64,000 nucleotides of DNA, from positions 1-64,000 of the forward strand of contig JBLWGC010000140.1 in NCBI GenBank assembly GCA_048772705.1. The letters run 5' to 3'. The notes beneath the pieces are model-generated. The model saw nothing but the letters and a program-made list of their open reading frames with translations, had not been told where the DNA came from and did not search any database. Origin of the DNA: Leidyana gryllorum EB-2025a (Eukaryota; Protista; Apicomplexa). Each line of letters begins with the position of its first letter. Within the stretch, counting starts at the first letter, position 1. The position numbers were made by a program, and so were the translations under genes. Below are positions 25,490-39,099 of the stretch, piece after piece.

Positions 25490-28400
25490 ATGACCCAGTC
25501 CTCAGTGGCTCAGACTTCCGACAAACATCGAAGTCGGGCGAGCCCGGGACGAGAGGCGTCGGAGAAACATTCCGCTACTATTGAACCTACGATTGGTGCT
25601 AACGAGAATGCGCCTTTAGGATGGCGCCAGAGTTTGCGTTATCGTTTGTTAAAGCATATGATAAGACGACCAGCGGATTTTGTACACGAAGATCTGCGAA
25701 TTGTCCCATTAAGGTTCATGAACCCCAAGTTCGAGCGTCGTTATCGCAAGGATCTATGTTCTTCCTATCGGGTTAGAGCTCCATTGGCGGCCGCTTTATG
25801 TGAGTACTGGTGATTGCATTGTCTAGTCCTGTCAGTATGTATCCCCATATGCGTTTTCTGGGGCTTGCAGACCACATCGCCTCAATTCAAGATGTCGCAC
25901 TATCCGGGTTTGGAGGACTTGGATCCGGAGGTTGCAGATGGAATTCAGTCGGTATTGGCTGCGCTGACGGGCTGGCCAATGCACGTAATGATGTTATTGA
26001 ATGTTCTGATGCACATCGGGATGGGAGCGTCTCCATGGCTCTTCGGTCCTCCTCACATCAACAGCGAGTTTTGCATCGTGGCCTTCATGATTCTGGTGGG
26101 TAGCGATATTCTGTGTTGGGTGTGGATCTATCTATCTATCTATCTATCTATGCAGCAACAACTCGCGACAGCGATGATGATGACGATCATGGGACGCCGT
26201 TCGTTACCCGCATTCCAGTCTGAAACATGGACGCTGCCAGGACTTCGCGATGCACTGATTGTCTCGGAAGAGGTTGTTTCATGGACCTACGTTACTGTGT
26301 GTCTCCTCCTTACTATTCCTATAGTTACCTTGAACACCATTGCCCCACCGCGGTACGGCTCTCTCTCTGAATACGATCATACATTGGCGGTGATTGACAG
26401 AACCTGTGTGTCATGGATAGTATTTGGCGCTTTCATCCTCGCGACCTTGGCGTGTCTCCAGGTAATTTTGGTCCGCTTCCAGCCTGTTACCTCTGTTCGA
26501 ACCTGGTAAGGCCTTTGTGACGCAGTGTCAGTCAACCTGCCGGCTCCCCATATCTCCTCCTGTCGAGAAGCCAACTCTCGATATCCCACCTCTCCGCCGC
26601 ACCACCCCTCCTTTCCACTGCGTGAATGCCGAACCGCGGCGCGGCTTGCCGCCGACGGTGTTGGATTGTCCCGATATATTAGGCCGGATGACTCGACAGC
26701 TCAATCTTGGCGTTCTGGAACTCGCTAGTTGGCCTCATATGCTTCGGAGGCCGATATCAGCGCGAACTACAGGAGCGGATCGAGTTGTGGTGTTTTCTGG
26801 TGAGTTCTAGAGTGCGACTTTATTATCGATTCGCCCAACACAGAAAAGCCAACTCAGATTGAAGGTTTTGCATCATGAAGTTCAACGTCTCACCCCTCCT
26901 AAAGGAGTGAAAGAGGTTCAGGGCGAAAGCACCATGGAGGAGTTGATGGCCCTCCTACGCCAAGTGAGTATCAGACGACGTCAGTCGTGACCAATAACCA
27001 CCTCGCCCCTCTTCTCAGTCGCAACGGCTGGTCGGCCAGACCTCCAATCGAGTTATGGTTCCGGAGCTGATACACGCGGAGGAGATCATCAAGGAGTAAG
27101 TTCGGCAGACCACACCGACGGGGGGCTCGCGTCATACCCATCACCTTTGCGGCAGAGTTTTGAGGGTACTTTCTCATGGAGGGAACCTCTTTCAAGTGCG
27201 ATTTGACAACCTCCCGGAGGAGGGTGAATCGATCATTGACCAATATATATGGGGAAAGTCATTTGTGCGTTCGGCTTCGAATGTGACTTTGGATGCCGGG
27301 CCCGCCTCCGTCAATTATGAGGAGATCTCGCCAAGACGACAGCACGCCTCTGTCAGTCGTAGGCCTCTAAAGACTCGCAGAGAAGCAAACGATATTCGCA
27401 AACGAAGGGACACGACAACCAGTTCCATGCGCAGCCCGACACCCCTGCGAGTTGGCTTGCAGGCGCCGCGGCATACCAACTCTAGTGCGACCTCCATCAC
27501 TCCACCACAACCGTGGATCCATCAAGTCGATGAGCTCGCAGTAAGCCGACTAACAAAAGCAGCTCGAACACCTTCTCGCCACACCCCCACAACCAAAGCG
27601 ATCAGTCGTCGTCACACTGGGACCTTGACGATCCCTGCCAGCTAGCTGTCCGACACACTTCCTTTCCCACCGTCATCTCCTTCTCTGACTGAACGATCTT
27701 TGCAGATGGACGAGATGGCTGGCCGCGTAGGTGTTGACTGGAGCATGAACGTCTTGGGCTTCGAAAAGGTACATCACGATATTTTGATTCAAGTAAGACT
27801 CCACGCTGTGCGCCCACTGGGGTTGGAAACTCCAGCTTTTCCGTCCAGTTTGGAGCGTATTTACTGCTGCCGCACGCGAACTTCCTCGATGTGCCCGAGG
27901 ATCGAGTCATGCAGTTCCTCGCCGAAGTGCAGAAATGTTACTGGGACAACCCCTATCACAACACCATGCACGCCGCCGAGGTGGCCCACGCCACATCCTG
28001 TCTGGTTAAGATGCTAGACCTGCCCAGCGGCTCGGCTTACCACAATGTTACCGAACTGGTTCACGTTGTAGCAGCCCTTGGACACGATGTGGGGCACCCA
28101 AGTCGGAACAACCAATTCTTTGTCAATACATTCGATCCACTCGTAAGTAATGCTGGCCACCAACCAGCGCACGTGTGTGCGCGCTCCAAAAGCCGGTTGC
28201 TACACGCTGCTCAACTCGCAATATGAATGGTAACTCTCATCCTTGTCGTCGTAGGCAATAATATACAACGATGTCTCTGTATTGGAGAATTACCATGCGT
28301 TCCTGACCTTTCAGATCTTGGAATAGTAAGCGTGTGTGACTAACAGCGTGGAAAGGGAACGTATTACTTGACTGTTTGCTGCGGTTGTATCCACCATCGC

Positions 28401-29812
28401 AATGTAACTCTTGGGTGTCTGCAGCGATGGATGTGACATTTTCCAACAATTATTTGTCGATGCGTACCGCGATGTGCGGAAACGCATCATAGAGATCATC
28501 CTGGCGACAGACATGAAAGAGCATTTCGAGTCCATCTCGAAGTTTCGGGTCCGACGGGGCGCTGCAGGTTTTGACATGTTTACTGAACCAGAAGATTTGT
28601 GGTGAGTCAACTGCACACACTTCACGCTCGGTGCCCCGACAATCCGCCGATGCCTCAATGTGGTAAAATGCTGTTATAGGCATACGATCCGCATCCTGGT
28701 GAAGGCCGCTGACTTGTCGCATGCGTGTGTCGATTGGGATCAGCACTTTGAGTGGTCATGTCGGATCCAAGAGGAACTGTACCAGCAAGGCGAAGAGGAA
28801 GAGGCAATGGGATATCCCAAGAGTCCTTTATGTGACCGGGATCTGCATGCAGGTTTCGCCAAGTCTCAAAAGGGGTTTCTGGAGTTTGTGGTGGCGGTAA
28901 GTGTGTGTCAGCAGTGTGTTTCAGATATGATGTCGATACGGGGTATCTTATGTTGCGTCACCATGTGCTGTGTGATCCACCTTTTCGGTGACATGTTTAA
29001 ATGTTTGGGATAAAAGTATTTCTTCGCAGCCGCTGATTCTAGAGATTCGTGAGGCTGACACGGGTGGCCAGATCAGTCTGACGTGTCTAAATCAATTATT
29101 TTCCAACAAGGACATATGGGCTCAGATGGAGGCGAATGGGACGCAAATCCAGTTTCCTGATCACATCCTGCAGATGAGCACATTGCCTATCGATCTGGAG
29201 GTGACGGATACACCATTGCGTTCAATAGACTCGAAGAATATGATGGATCGGCACTCCGATGGTGGAAATAGCTCCACTGGCGGTGACGGTTGTTTGCATG
29301 AGAGTGGTGGTGGCGGTGGAGGCGGAACAAATCGGCCTCGGTCATATAGCACATCGCCGAGAGAACAAATCCCCCAGTTCATCACACAGAGCACTCGTTT
29401 ATCTACCGACCGTGCCGAACGCGGAAACAAATGGCATGGCGCATCGCGCATCCATCAACGGTCATACCATGCAGACCAACTCGCTGACTTTGTCAAAACT
29501 GATTCTGACTCGGCCGATATGGTTTTACGCGAGACCACAACCCCTTCCTATCATCAAACTCACACTTACGCTCTCAACTCCCCCACCGAAGCCGGCCGTG
29601 CCTTCATGCACGGGAGTAGTGAGGAGCTTGACATGAACGACGATGAACTCGGCGTCCTACCGACCATCATTGCCCCTCAGCGGAGGGTCAGTGCACCTAC
29701 CGCTGACGCATTTACAGTTCAAATTCGGGACACGCCCGCCGACTCCAAACATCGACGGAATGTAACATGGAAAACAAGCAATGAGGGAACCGGTCATGAG
29801 GTCCCCTCTTGA
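25490..29812 (+). CDS. Membrane-anchored 3',5'-cyclic nucleotide phosphodiesterase (class I)
   Basis: YHNTMHAAEV, HDVGHPSRNN, YNDVSVLENYH, ILATDMKEHF, KAADLSH and SQKGFLEFV motifs. N-terminal TM helices are typical of apicomplexan PDEs. Confidence 0.93.
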
Positions 29813-29904
29813 ACCCACAGTGCCTTTTGTACTTGCCTCTTTTCCAAGTCGTCTCCATCGGTCGACCATGTCCGTGTGTGTGACGTGTGCCTATCAACAA
29901 AGTC

Positions 29905-30929
29905 ATGTCCTTCACCACCGATCTCACCAACAACAGTACCGCTCAAGAACATGAACATATCGACCACTTCGCCCACGTTCAACAGCGGCTCAGAACCGCC
30001 CATGCTCTCCTCTCCGACTTCACTCACCGGGTGTCCCTCGTCGCCGATGACCCACATGCACGACAGCCTCTCAATGCCGCTCAAAAGACCAGCGAACAGG
30101 CCAAGGAGGCCGTAGACGCGGCCAAGGCCCAACTTCGACAGTACGCACAGCCGTGAAGCACACCAACATATTCACTTCACAGACTTATGATCTGGGCCGC
30201 AGGGTGCCCTGGTCAGAATTACTCTGCCAGTTTGCGCAAGGAAAGTCTTGAAAGCCAAGTCAACCAATTGGTGAGTACTAAAGACTATACTTACACGTTA
30301 TCACTCTCAATAGACCGTGGCCTTCAACGAACAACTAGCACGCCTTAATGAACTCATCTTGGTACAGCAAACCACCAAACGCCCGCATACCCCGTCGCAA
30401 CAAGTATCCACCACTACCGCCACGTCCCGCATCGCCACCGACCCCCTCATCGACCAACAAGACCGACTCACTGGGCTAAGGAGCTTGCATGACGGAGTTG
30501 AAGCCGTAAGTCCAGACCCCCCACTCAGCGAGAAACACCTTCCAGACTAAACAAGTCATGCACGAACTAAACAGTTTAGTTCGCGCCCAGGACCCACAAC
30601 TAGACTGCCTTGAGAATGCCGCAGCCAGCACCAAAGATTACACACGCGATGCGGCAATTGAGCTCAACAAGGAATACACCCGTAAACGTCGACGTACAAG
30701 ACGTGTCTGGATCGCTTTCCTCTTCCTCCTCTGCTCAGCATTCATTGTCTTCTACCTGTACTTGAGACCACCAGGCCTCATCAACATACCCCGCACCACG
30801 GGAGATTTGCCAGCCTTAGATCAGCAGCCTTCACTGGAAGTAAGTTCTTCTATTTCGCATGAATCAGCAGCCGGCCTCCGCGGCGCTGCACCTGACGCAG
30901 CCAAAGGCAATAGAAACACTAAATCTTAA
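29905..30929 (+). CDS. Syntaxin-like Q-SNARE (stop 30929, or 30948 if a final gtaagt intron at 30840 is spliced)
   Basis: SNARE helix HELNSLVRAQDPQLDCLENAA, basic stretch RKRRRTRR and a C-terminal TM. Confidence 0.75.
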
Positions 30930-32319
30930 CTTCTTTCGTCTTCCTTAACATGAATCCCTTGAATTGACACTGGAGTCGCAGGAGAGGGTTGGGGAGGTGC
31001 ACCTGGCCAGTATGATGCCGGCGTTACAAATCCGCCGGGGCCACCATACCCGCGAACCTGCCCCTCCGCCGGCCAAGCGGCGTCTGTCGTTGAATCTTGA
31101 CCCCCCATCGATGAACTGTTGTCGCTTGACGGAAACCGGCCATTCGTGCTGTCGACGTTCGCCAAGTCCACCTCCGATGATGATTCGCCACTTGGCGGTC
31201 TTGCGGACACTACCCGTGGAGAGTAAAAGTTCGTGCCGTCTAAGACTGCATCGTCTGGTAGATTCATTGTGGGCGATCCAGCCCCATACACCGAGGTTGC
31301 CCAGTCTGCACCCATCGGCACGTAAGCTTCGGACAAATATTCCCGATAGGGTCCGGAAACGCCCATTGGTACGGCGTAGTCCATCCCTCTCCATGGCAGA
31401 CCTCTTCCCCCGTCTTCTCCTGAGCCAGGCGCACCTGTAGGAGGCGGAGGATTTGGGCACCAAGCACCATACATCTCTGTTGGAGCGTAGTATTCCGAGG
31501 GCATTGTGGGAGAGGAATAGGGGGAGGGGCTGGTGCTTAACTGTGTAGTGCTGGAACCGTACCGTCTGCGTCGCCTTCCGCTTTTGGTGTCGCTTCCGGC
31601 CTTCCGGTCGTTCTTGACTACTCTGCGATAATCTGGATTCACGAGGTGGGATGAAGATTCGATCTTGATGCTGGCCCCGTTGTTCCCACCGGAGCCCTGG
31701 TTGGCAGGTTGACTGGTCATCATAGCCTCGTTCATCTTCGATAACCGGTAGGCGATCGCGAACAACCGTGCATCCTCAAAGCCAAAGTCATCGACGGAGA
31801 AATTCTTGGTCTTGCGTTTTCCCACGCCGCCTTCTCGCCAATTTGCCCGCCATATTCTTCGTTGCTTGTCGAAATACACTCCGACCACTCGACCTTCGCC
31901 GATGGCCCGAATATCGATGCAATCGTAAGGATTGTTGCCGCTCGGGGGCACAATATTCAGAGGGCCGCCGCGGTAGTCACCCATGTACACAGCATTGGGG
32001 GACTCTCCTGATGGGCCAGTGTTGGTTTCCAAACTGCAGAGACACGCAATTAGACGTCAATTCATGGGTGGACTCACCCGTTCCATTCGCCGTTTCCGAG
32101 ATCTTGAGCCTCATTCTGAAAACGATTCTCCTCCATTTGCCCTGTGCAGCGCGCAGACTCTCCTTCTTGATGGTCCGAAGCTGTGGTCGAAGTTGCTCGC
32201 TGTAGCATTGGGTTTCTGCTGGAGTATGAGCCTGATGAGCCCGTGAGGGGGGTTGGTCGTTGACCGGTCTTTGATTTTGTGGCAGTGTCCTTTCCTGTGC
32301 GCTTGCGTTTGGCTTTCAT
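30926..32319 (-). CDS. ApiAP2 transcription factor (single AP2 domain); intron 32034-32077
   Basis: GVYFDKQRRIWRANWREGG...KNFSVDDFGFEDARLFAIAYR is a canonical apicomplexan AP2 domain. Confidence 0.92.
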
Positions 32320-32432
32320 GGACTTCGATTGAATACTAAGGCTGCATGGACATCAAGGTCAGCGATCGAAACTATATATGTGTTTGCAAACGCGAGACGC
32401 AATAGATCGGGAAGGGTGCACCTTGCGCTTTT

Positions 32433-34083
32433 CTAGATGCTAGGAGGCTTTAGTAGTCTCTTGAAGTGAGGCAGGAGCCTCCTGACCATCGCAGTGAAGG
32501 GCAGAGCGAGTGCGACGATGATTGGGCCGTATAAGGCAAGGACGAAAGTTGGCGGCAAATACGGGCGGCGGTGGAAACTCAGCGCGCGCAATAGCTATGG
32601 GGTGAAATTAATACATATATAATGTGTAACAGCTCACTCTGCGAGCAGCAACCCATCCCAGGAAAATGGCATAAACTCCGTCTGTGCCCGAGCCTGTGCG
32701 GGTCACTTCCTGCAACCGAAGTTTCAACTCCTGATCCAAGTGTGCATTGTTTCGTGGTGCGTGGCGAAACTGAGCTCACCGTAATACTCATCATCGCTCC
32801 CTTATCCCACTCCCAGAAGAAAGCGCTTTTGTCGATGCCTTTGAGCGCCTCCAAGTTATTGTGAAAGTTGCCAATGATGCTCTCCATGGCTCGATGGATT
32901 AAGACAGGTGTTTCGAAATAGTCATTGATGCCAAGTCCCTCGTATTGGCAGAATTTGGAGCCGGCAACGGCATTGACTCTTTGACATAAGCTCTGCCCTG
33001 GTAGCCCAATCACTACCCGAACAGCTGCGATATACAGATTGCGCAGCTCCTAGTCAGGAAAGAGACGTCAGGAAGTCAAGTCACCAGCGAACCTACGGTC
33101 AAAGACATTTGGTAATGTGCGGGAATAATTATCAATTGGCCCTGTTGGCCGACGTCCACTAATGTGGGTCGATCCATATCCGGGAAACATTCGAGAGGTT
33201 CATTTGCTTGCCAGAGGATCAATCCATGCGTTTTTGGTGCATGGAGCGGCACAATACGGTCGCTAAGGATATGTAATGATAGTGCCTGAGCAATCCGTTG
33301 AGACTTGGCCATGTCGGTTTCGGGCCATAAACTTCGCCGTCCATTCCACAACGATCTAAACTCGTCCCCGCACAGTAATTGGTCGTGGCTGCTTCCAAGT
33401 ACCATCTGAACGGCAATGAATGTAAATCGAAGAACATGATGACTCACATCGTGGGCGTACGAAAGTCCCCTCAATTCCACGATAGACTCCCTCATAAAGC
33501 TGTCCCATGTTGACAAAACTGAACGCGCCGTTCTGCAGGTGATTGTGAGCGAAGCCGATGGGGGAAGGGCGAAGGGGGAAGGGGAGGGTCTGTTTTCCAC
33601 AAAATGGACTCACTCTACGTCGTGACCGACTATGGTGAAGTGAACGTGTTCAATGAGGGTGGGATTCATATCGTCCACGTGATCGCGCAATGCATCGGCG
33701 ACGCTCTCATCACTCGTGCAGATAACCAAACTCTTGTCAGCTTTGCGGACAGCTTCGGCTTTAGGGAGGCCGGGGCCTTCGAAGAGATGCAAAGGGCACT
33801 TTGTGGAGGCTGCTGCCTCGGTACAGTTCAGGGTGTGTCGCGGAGGACCCGATATACATAGTGTGGGCACTGCTCCCGGCATCCATGGCTCTGGTATTTT
33901 CTGAGTGTCTGGATGCCTTTCAGTTGGGGCGAAGAGATCCGAAAAGTGCAGAAAGGCGATAGTAGCACAGACATAGAGCAGGAATGAGGCGAAACAAGTA
34001 GCCTCAAGCCGTTTGCGAGTCGTTTTAGACAATATATCGCCGTGCCTAGCCCGCTTGAATATCCTTGCAGCCCGAGCCAACAT
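32433..34083 (-). CDS. GPI transamidase subunit PIG-S/Gpi17-like, copy A (multi-exon)
   Basis: TM helices at both ends (C-terminal YLPPTFVLALYGPIIVALALP). The segments AAVRVVIGLP and GINDYFETPVLIHRAMESI match my recollection of PIG-S QLRLLFGI and GLMTWELDRLLWARSVENL. Confidence 0.65.
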
Positions 34084-34126
34084 TCCAGTTTATTTTCAAC
34101 ACTGAAAAGTCCATCACATCACACTT

Positions 34127-34200
34127 GACTCGCACTAAGGTGGACACAAACTCTGACTTGCATTTGGTGCCGCGCACCAGTAGTGCCGGCTCCTTGGGCC
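34127..34200 (-). pseudogene. Relic of the CAP-H2 terminal exon (duplication remnant)
   Basis: Minus strand reads EPALLVRGTK, versus EPELLVRGTK in the CAP-H2 last exon (about 36450-36482). In-frame TGA just upstream; gagtcaag shared downstream. Confidence 0.6.
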
Positions 34201-34656
34201 ACACTCACTTCTTGGTGTACCAAACCTCAAAACTACCACTCCCTCCACGACTAATTAACCCAGATCATCCGAGGCTTAAACTTAACTTCTCTAGCCATCT
34301 TTCCAAGCTGCTCTGCAGTATGTAATGGATGGTCGCCACCCCAGTCAATTATATGGACCTTTGAACTCATTTAAGCCCCCCAGCACCACGCATTCGGTGT
34401 CCGCGAGTTGACGACCGGCGAGGTCGGCGTGATAAACCCTGCTTGAACACCGGGCGACCTTTGGAAAGCAGCTGTACCCACAGACCTACAGCAGCTCGAT
34501 GTCGTGATATGCCAAGTATTTAGATCTCTGTCCTGTTGACGGTGTCCGTGCCCAGTACCCACAGGCTTCTGATTGACATCGAGTGTGGATAACACCATAC
34601 CGAACCTTCAAGCGCGCTTGCACACGCGAGACACGTTTCCAGACACTGACGCGGCA

Positions 34657-36284
34657 CTAAATCCCGGGAGGCTTCAACAACTTTCTGAAGTGTGGCAGCA
34701 TCCTTCTGGACATTGCCGTAAGCGGCAGAGCCAGTACAACGACAATGGGGGCATAAAGAGCAATGACAAAGGAGGGCGGCAGGTAGGCACGGCGATGTAA
34801 GTCCAGGCTTCGCAGCAACTGCAGCAAACGTATTATTTGTGCTCAGTCAGGGCTGCTCACCCTACGGCTCAACGTCCACCCCACCCATGTGGCGAAAGCA
34901 GCGTCTTCCTCCGAGTCGGCCTGATGAGCAGCACGTAAACGCGCTCTCAGGTGCTGCAGATAGAGTAAATTCTGCCTAGGAGGGCCCGGATCCGCTCACC
35001 GCGATCTCCCCTACTGCTTCAGGCTCCCATTCCCAGAATAGGGCGGATCGATCGATGTCTTTGAGGGATTGCAAGACCTCTTGGTATGTACTGACGAAGC
35101 CCTCGGCGGCATTATGAATGACGACAGGGGTTTCAAAGTGATCTGTGATACCATATCCTTGGTGCGTGCAAAAACGAAAGCCCGCAACCTTATTCAGCTT
35201 CTGACACAGACTCTGACCAGGCAATCCTATTATCACTCTGACAGCTCCAATATAAAGGTTGTGCAGTTCCTGTTGCGATAAAGCGTTTGACCGCGCGTCA
35301 CTCACTCTAAGACGAGGTGGTACTCACTTCGAGCGACATGTTGTAATGCGAAGGGGTTACGATCAAATATCCTGATGGGCCGAAATCGACAAAAGTAGGT
35401 CGGTCAATATCAGGTAAGCATCGCAGAGGTTCGTTGGCCTGCCAGAGTATCAGCTGACGGGTGGTTGGCGCGTGGAGTGGCACTATTCGATCGCTCAGAA
35501 CATGTAGAGATAACGCCTGAGCTATCCGTTGAGTTTTAGCCATATCTCCTTCCGGCCAGAGACTTTGTCGTCCATTCCAGAGACTCTTAAATTCTTCTCC
35601 ACACAGCAACTGGTCGTTCCGCGTTCCAAGAACGAGCTGAGGGAGTGCGTCAGGGTGGAATTTATTGAGGGCTCAGCTCACGTCGTGGGCATAGGTGAGC
35701 CCCTTGAATTCTTGACCGGTGGCCTTCATGAAGGTATCCCACATGGTGAGTACAGACCGGGAGGTACTGAGGGTGAGGAGGTGAGGTTGAGGGAAGTTGT
35801 TTGGCACTCACTTGAGGTCGTGACCGACGACTGTGAAGTGTACGTGCTCCACGAGTGTCGGGTTGATCTCATCGATGTGGTCACGGAGGGCATCGGCGAC
35901 ATTGTCATCACTCGTACAGATGACCAGAGATTTGTCAGCTTTACGGACGGCTTCCGCTTTGGGGAGGCCGGGACCTTCAAAGAGGTGCAGCGGACACTTT
36001 GAAGTGGCAGCAGCCTGTGTGCAGTTGAGTGTATGACGAGGTGGTTCCGATATACAGAAGGCCGCGTTGCCAGCCGGGAATTGGGGTGCCGGGAGGATCT
36101 GTGTGTCGGGATGGCGCAAAGTTGGTGCGAGGAGATCGGAGAAGTGGAGGAAAGCGATAGTGGCACAGAGGTAAAACAAGAAGGAGGCGAAACAAGTGGT
36201 TTCGATATGTTTTCGTATGGCTCTGGATACAATGGTCTGATTGGGGCTGGTGAGTTTGAGAGTCGCCAGGGCTTTTGCCAGCAT
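34657..36284 (-). CDS. GPI transamidase subunit PIG-S/Gpi17-like, copy B (multi-exon)
   Basis: Colinear paralog of copy A, sharing the identical block KCPLHLFEGPGLPKAEAVRKADKSLVICTSD. C-terminal YLPPSFVIALYAPIVVVLALP. Confidence 0.65.
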
Positions 36285-36421
36285 TTGGGTAGTTTCTTTT
36301 CACATCAAAAGTCAACAATGTCCGTACCGATCATCGCTGGTTGTCTATCTGATGGCCCTCCATTAGCGCGTGGCAACTGATTGACGGACAATCTTTCAGA
36401 AGACGACAATGTCTGCTTGAC

Positions 36422-39035
36422 TCACTCGGAGGTTAGATGGGCGGGACTCAGCTTTGTGCCGCGAACCAGTAATTCGGGCTCGCCAGTGTCAGTGGTGCCT
36501 ATCGGGCGCGGTATTGCAATATGTCTCTCCTCAGTTCGGCAGCAACTCACCATTTTGGATGTGCAATCCCAACTTGTTGGTCAAGATTAACGTGGTGAGG
36601 AAAAGACGACAAACCTCATGTCGCTGAGCTCCATCGACCAACTTACGGAAACTAACACTCTCAATCTCAGCTGACCGCTCGTCACAATGTTCATCAGCGG
36701 GAGGTATTTTCGCTTCTTCCACTCGGGAGGCGATCTTCTCCACATAGTCGGATACATAAAAGTTCCCCAGAGTACTCGTTCGAGATATCCACCCCTCGAC
36801 TTTCTCTCTCCATCTCCACACACTGTTGGGAGGGGAGCGAAGAACGTCGCGCGGCCGAAGCAGTTAGTCTCACCGTTCGTGCATCTGAAACCGAGAACTC
36901 TTGTCAAACTTGACCATTCCGGGCGCTGCAGCGCCGCGAGCGGCCTCCCCCCCGGTCTGCTTTCAATTTTGATGAGACCAAACACTGACGTCCATACCTC
37001 TGCCAACGTGGTAGCGATCACTTTATCGAAGAGGGTGGTATCCTGGGGTAGTGAAGGGAAATCCTCGCTGTCGCCAGCTCCCATAGCCCCGCGTTCCTCG
37101 TCGTCGTCATCTGCGAAGGGCACCGCGTCGAAGCGGTCGTTTTCGGCCGCTCCCAACGGAGTCGCGGCAGTTCGCGCCGGGGTGTGGGGCACATCATCGA
37201 ACGCTGAGGGGCTGTTTGATTGATGTTGCGTCGCCACCACCGAGCGGACTCGGTGCTGCTGTTGTGCGAGCTTTATAGACAGACTCGAGAATATGTTCGG
37301 ATACCCGGCTCGCTCCATCGGGTCTTCTGGACGCCTCAGCTCTTCATATAAAGGGAAGTACCGCGGCAGCGCAGAGACCTTCCCGTCTTCGTCCAACACA
37401 ATGGGCGACTTGGCGCCCATTCGCGCGCGTTTTCGCTCGATTTTCCATTGGTGAATATCATCATAAATCACGGCTTTAGTTTCTCGATCTGCTTTGAGGA
37501 AAGCTCGTTGACCGTTCACTCCACAGACCGTCAGGCAACTAACACCGCCCAAACTGATGTCTTCGAGCTTCAGGTTGTAATAATCGTTCTTAGGCGGCAC
37601 CCTGAAACACAGATCCAAGAATCCCACAGCACAGCGCACAGCCCAGCCCCACGGACGACAGTGTACAATGTGAGTTGTTCCCCATTCAGTCACAGCAATG
37701 CCCCTTAATGGCACATACTCAACTCACGTCCACGGCTTTCCCGGTTTTAACGGTGCATCAGCGCCTATTCTTTCGTGTTCATCGAGCGCTGCCGGGCGAG
37801 CCTTCTTTGGCTGCTTGGTGGGCAGCGGGTTGTTGGTACGCCTCTGGTGCTGCTGATCCGGCGCATCTTCGCTAATGGTCGGGAGAACGGACAAACGGTG
37901 TTGGCCAGCCGGCCCGTTCTCCTCGGATTGAATCGTGGCCGTTCGCATTGTGCTTTGTCGCATTTCGCCGCCATATCCCGACATCGGCTCTGCAGCCGAG
38001 GGCACGGCCGACAAGTGCTGCAGGCAGGACAGCAGTGTGGTGGAGCGGAGTGTGTTGGGGGTCAGGCACAGGCACGTCGATAGGGTTCCAGCCTTACGGG
38101 GACACTCGCGGAGGCCGCGTTGAGGCTGACAGTGCCGAACAGTAGGGAGGGGGAGCGGGACCCCAGAACTGGGCTGGACTCCACTGTGTGATTTTGGTCG
38201 GTCATGATGTCCATACAGCATGGCAGCACCAAGGATCCTTCCGAGTCCATATAGCTGGATGCCAGCTGTACCTCATTGCCGATTTACACGCCTATGTCGG
38301 CCTACCAAAGAGCCAGAAATCAGACGATCAAAGACCTCAGCACCCGAGTCAGTGCTCCTCACCCCCGCCTCGGACGCATTAACGTGTTCCGGTGGAGGGA
38401 GTACTTCCAGTCTGTTTCGAGACTCAATAGAGGTGTCTCGTAGGGCTTACGGGATCCGGCTGATACACTGGTTTCGCGCGTCAGCAATCGACTGCGGGTC
38501 CTCGCACCGGGGCGCCAAAGGGAAGGGAACCGATTGCAGCAAACCAGTGAATCGGGGGACATATTTGTCGAACGATTCCTCTTCCTCTCGGTTCGCAGGT
38601 TTGAAGTGTTCCAGTATTGGGTCGTATAAAAGTAATTCTTCAGGGATGTATGCTTGATGCACCTTTTTACTATGGGACTGCGGTCACCGCTACCGATGCG
38701 TCGCCACGACCCCACCACTCACCCAAAGTCGCCAGGGTAGATGAACCAACTCTGACGCGAAGGGCACGTCGGCCAGATTCCAGTCTGCCAACGCTTGAAA
38801 CCCTCGCACTTGGGCCTTGAGCTTCTTCTCCCGGGCTTTGGTCCTTTTAGTCTTCTGGCCCATTACGGCTCCGGCCGTCAGGTTCAGCATAGTACTGTCG
38901 ACCAGGGCGGCCAGAAAGTCAACTTTCCGGCCAAAAACTCGAGTGGCCTCCGATACTCTGAGCTTCACACATAGCCGCAGCGAATATTCTCGTCAGTCCG
39001 ACGGAGTGAGTGTTCATCGGAGAAGCAAAGAGAGA

Positions 39036-39099
<64 letters not shown>

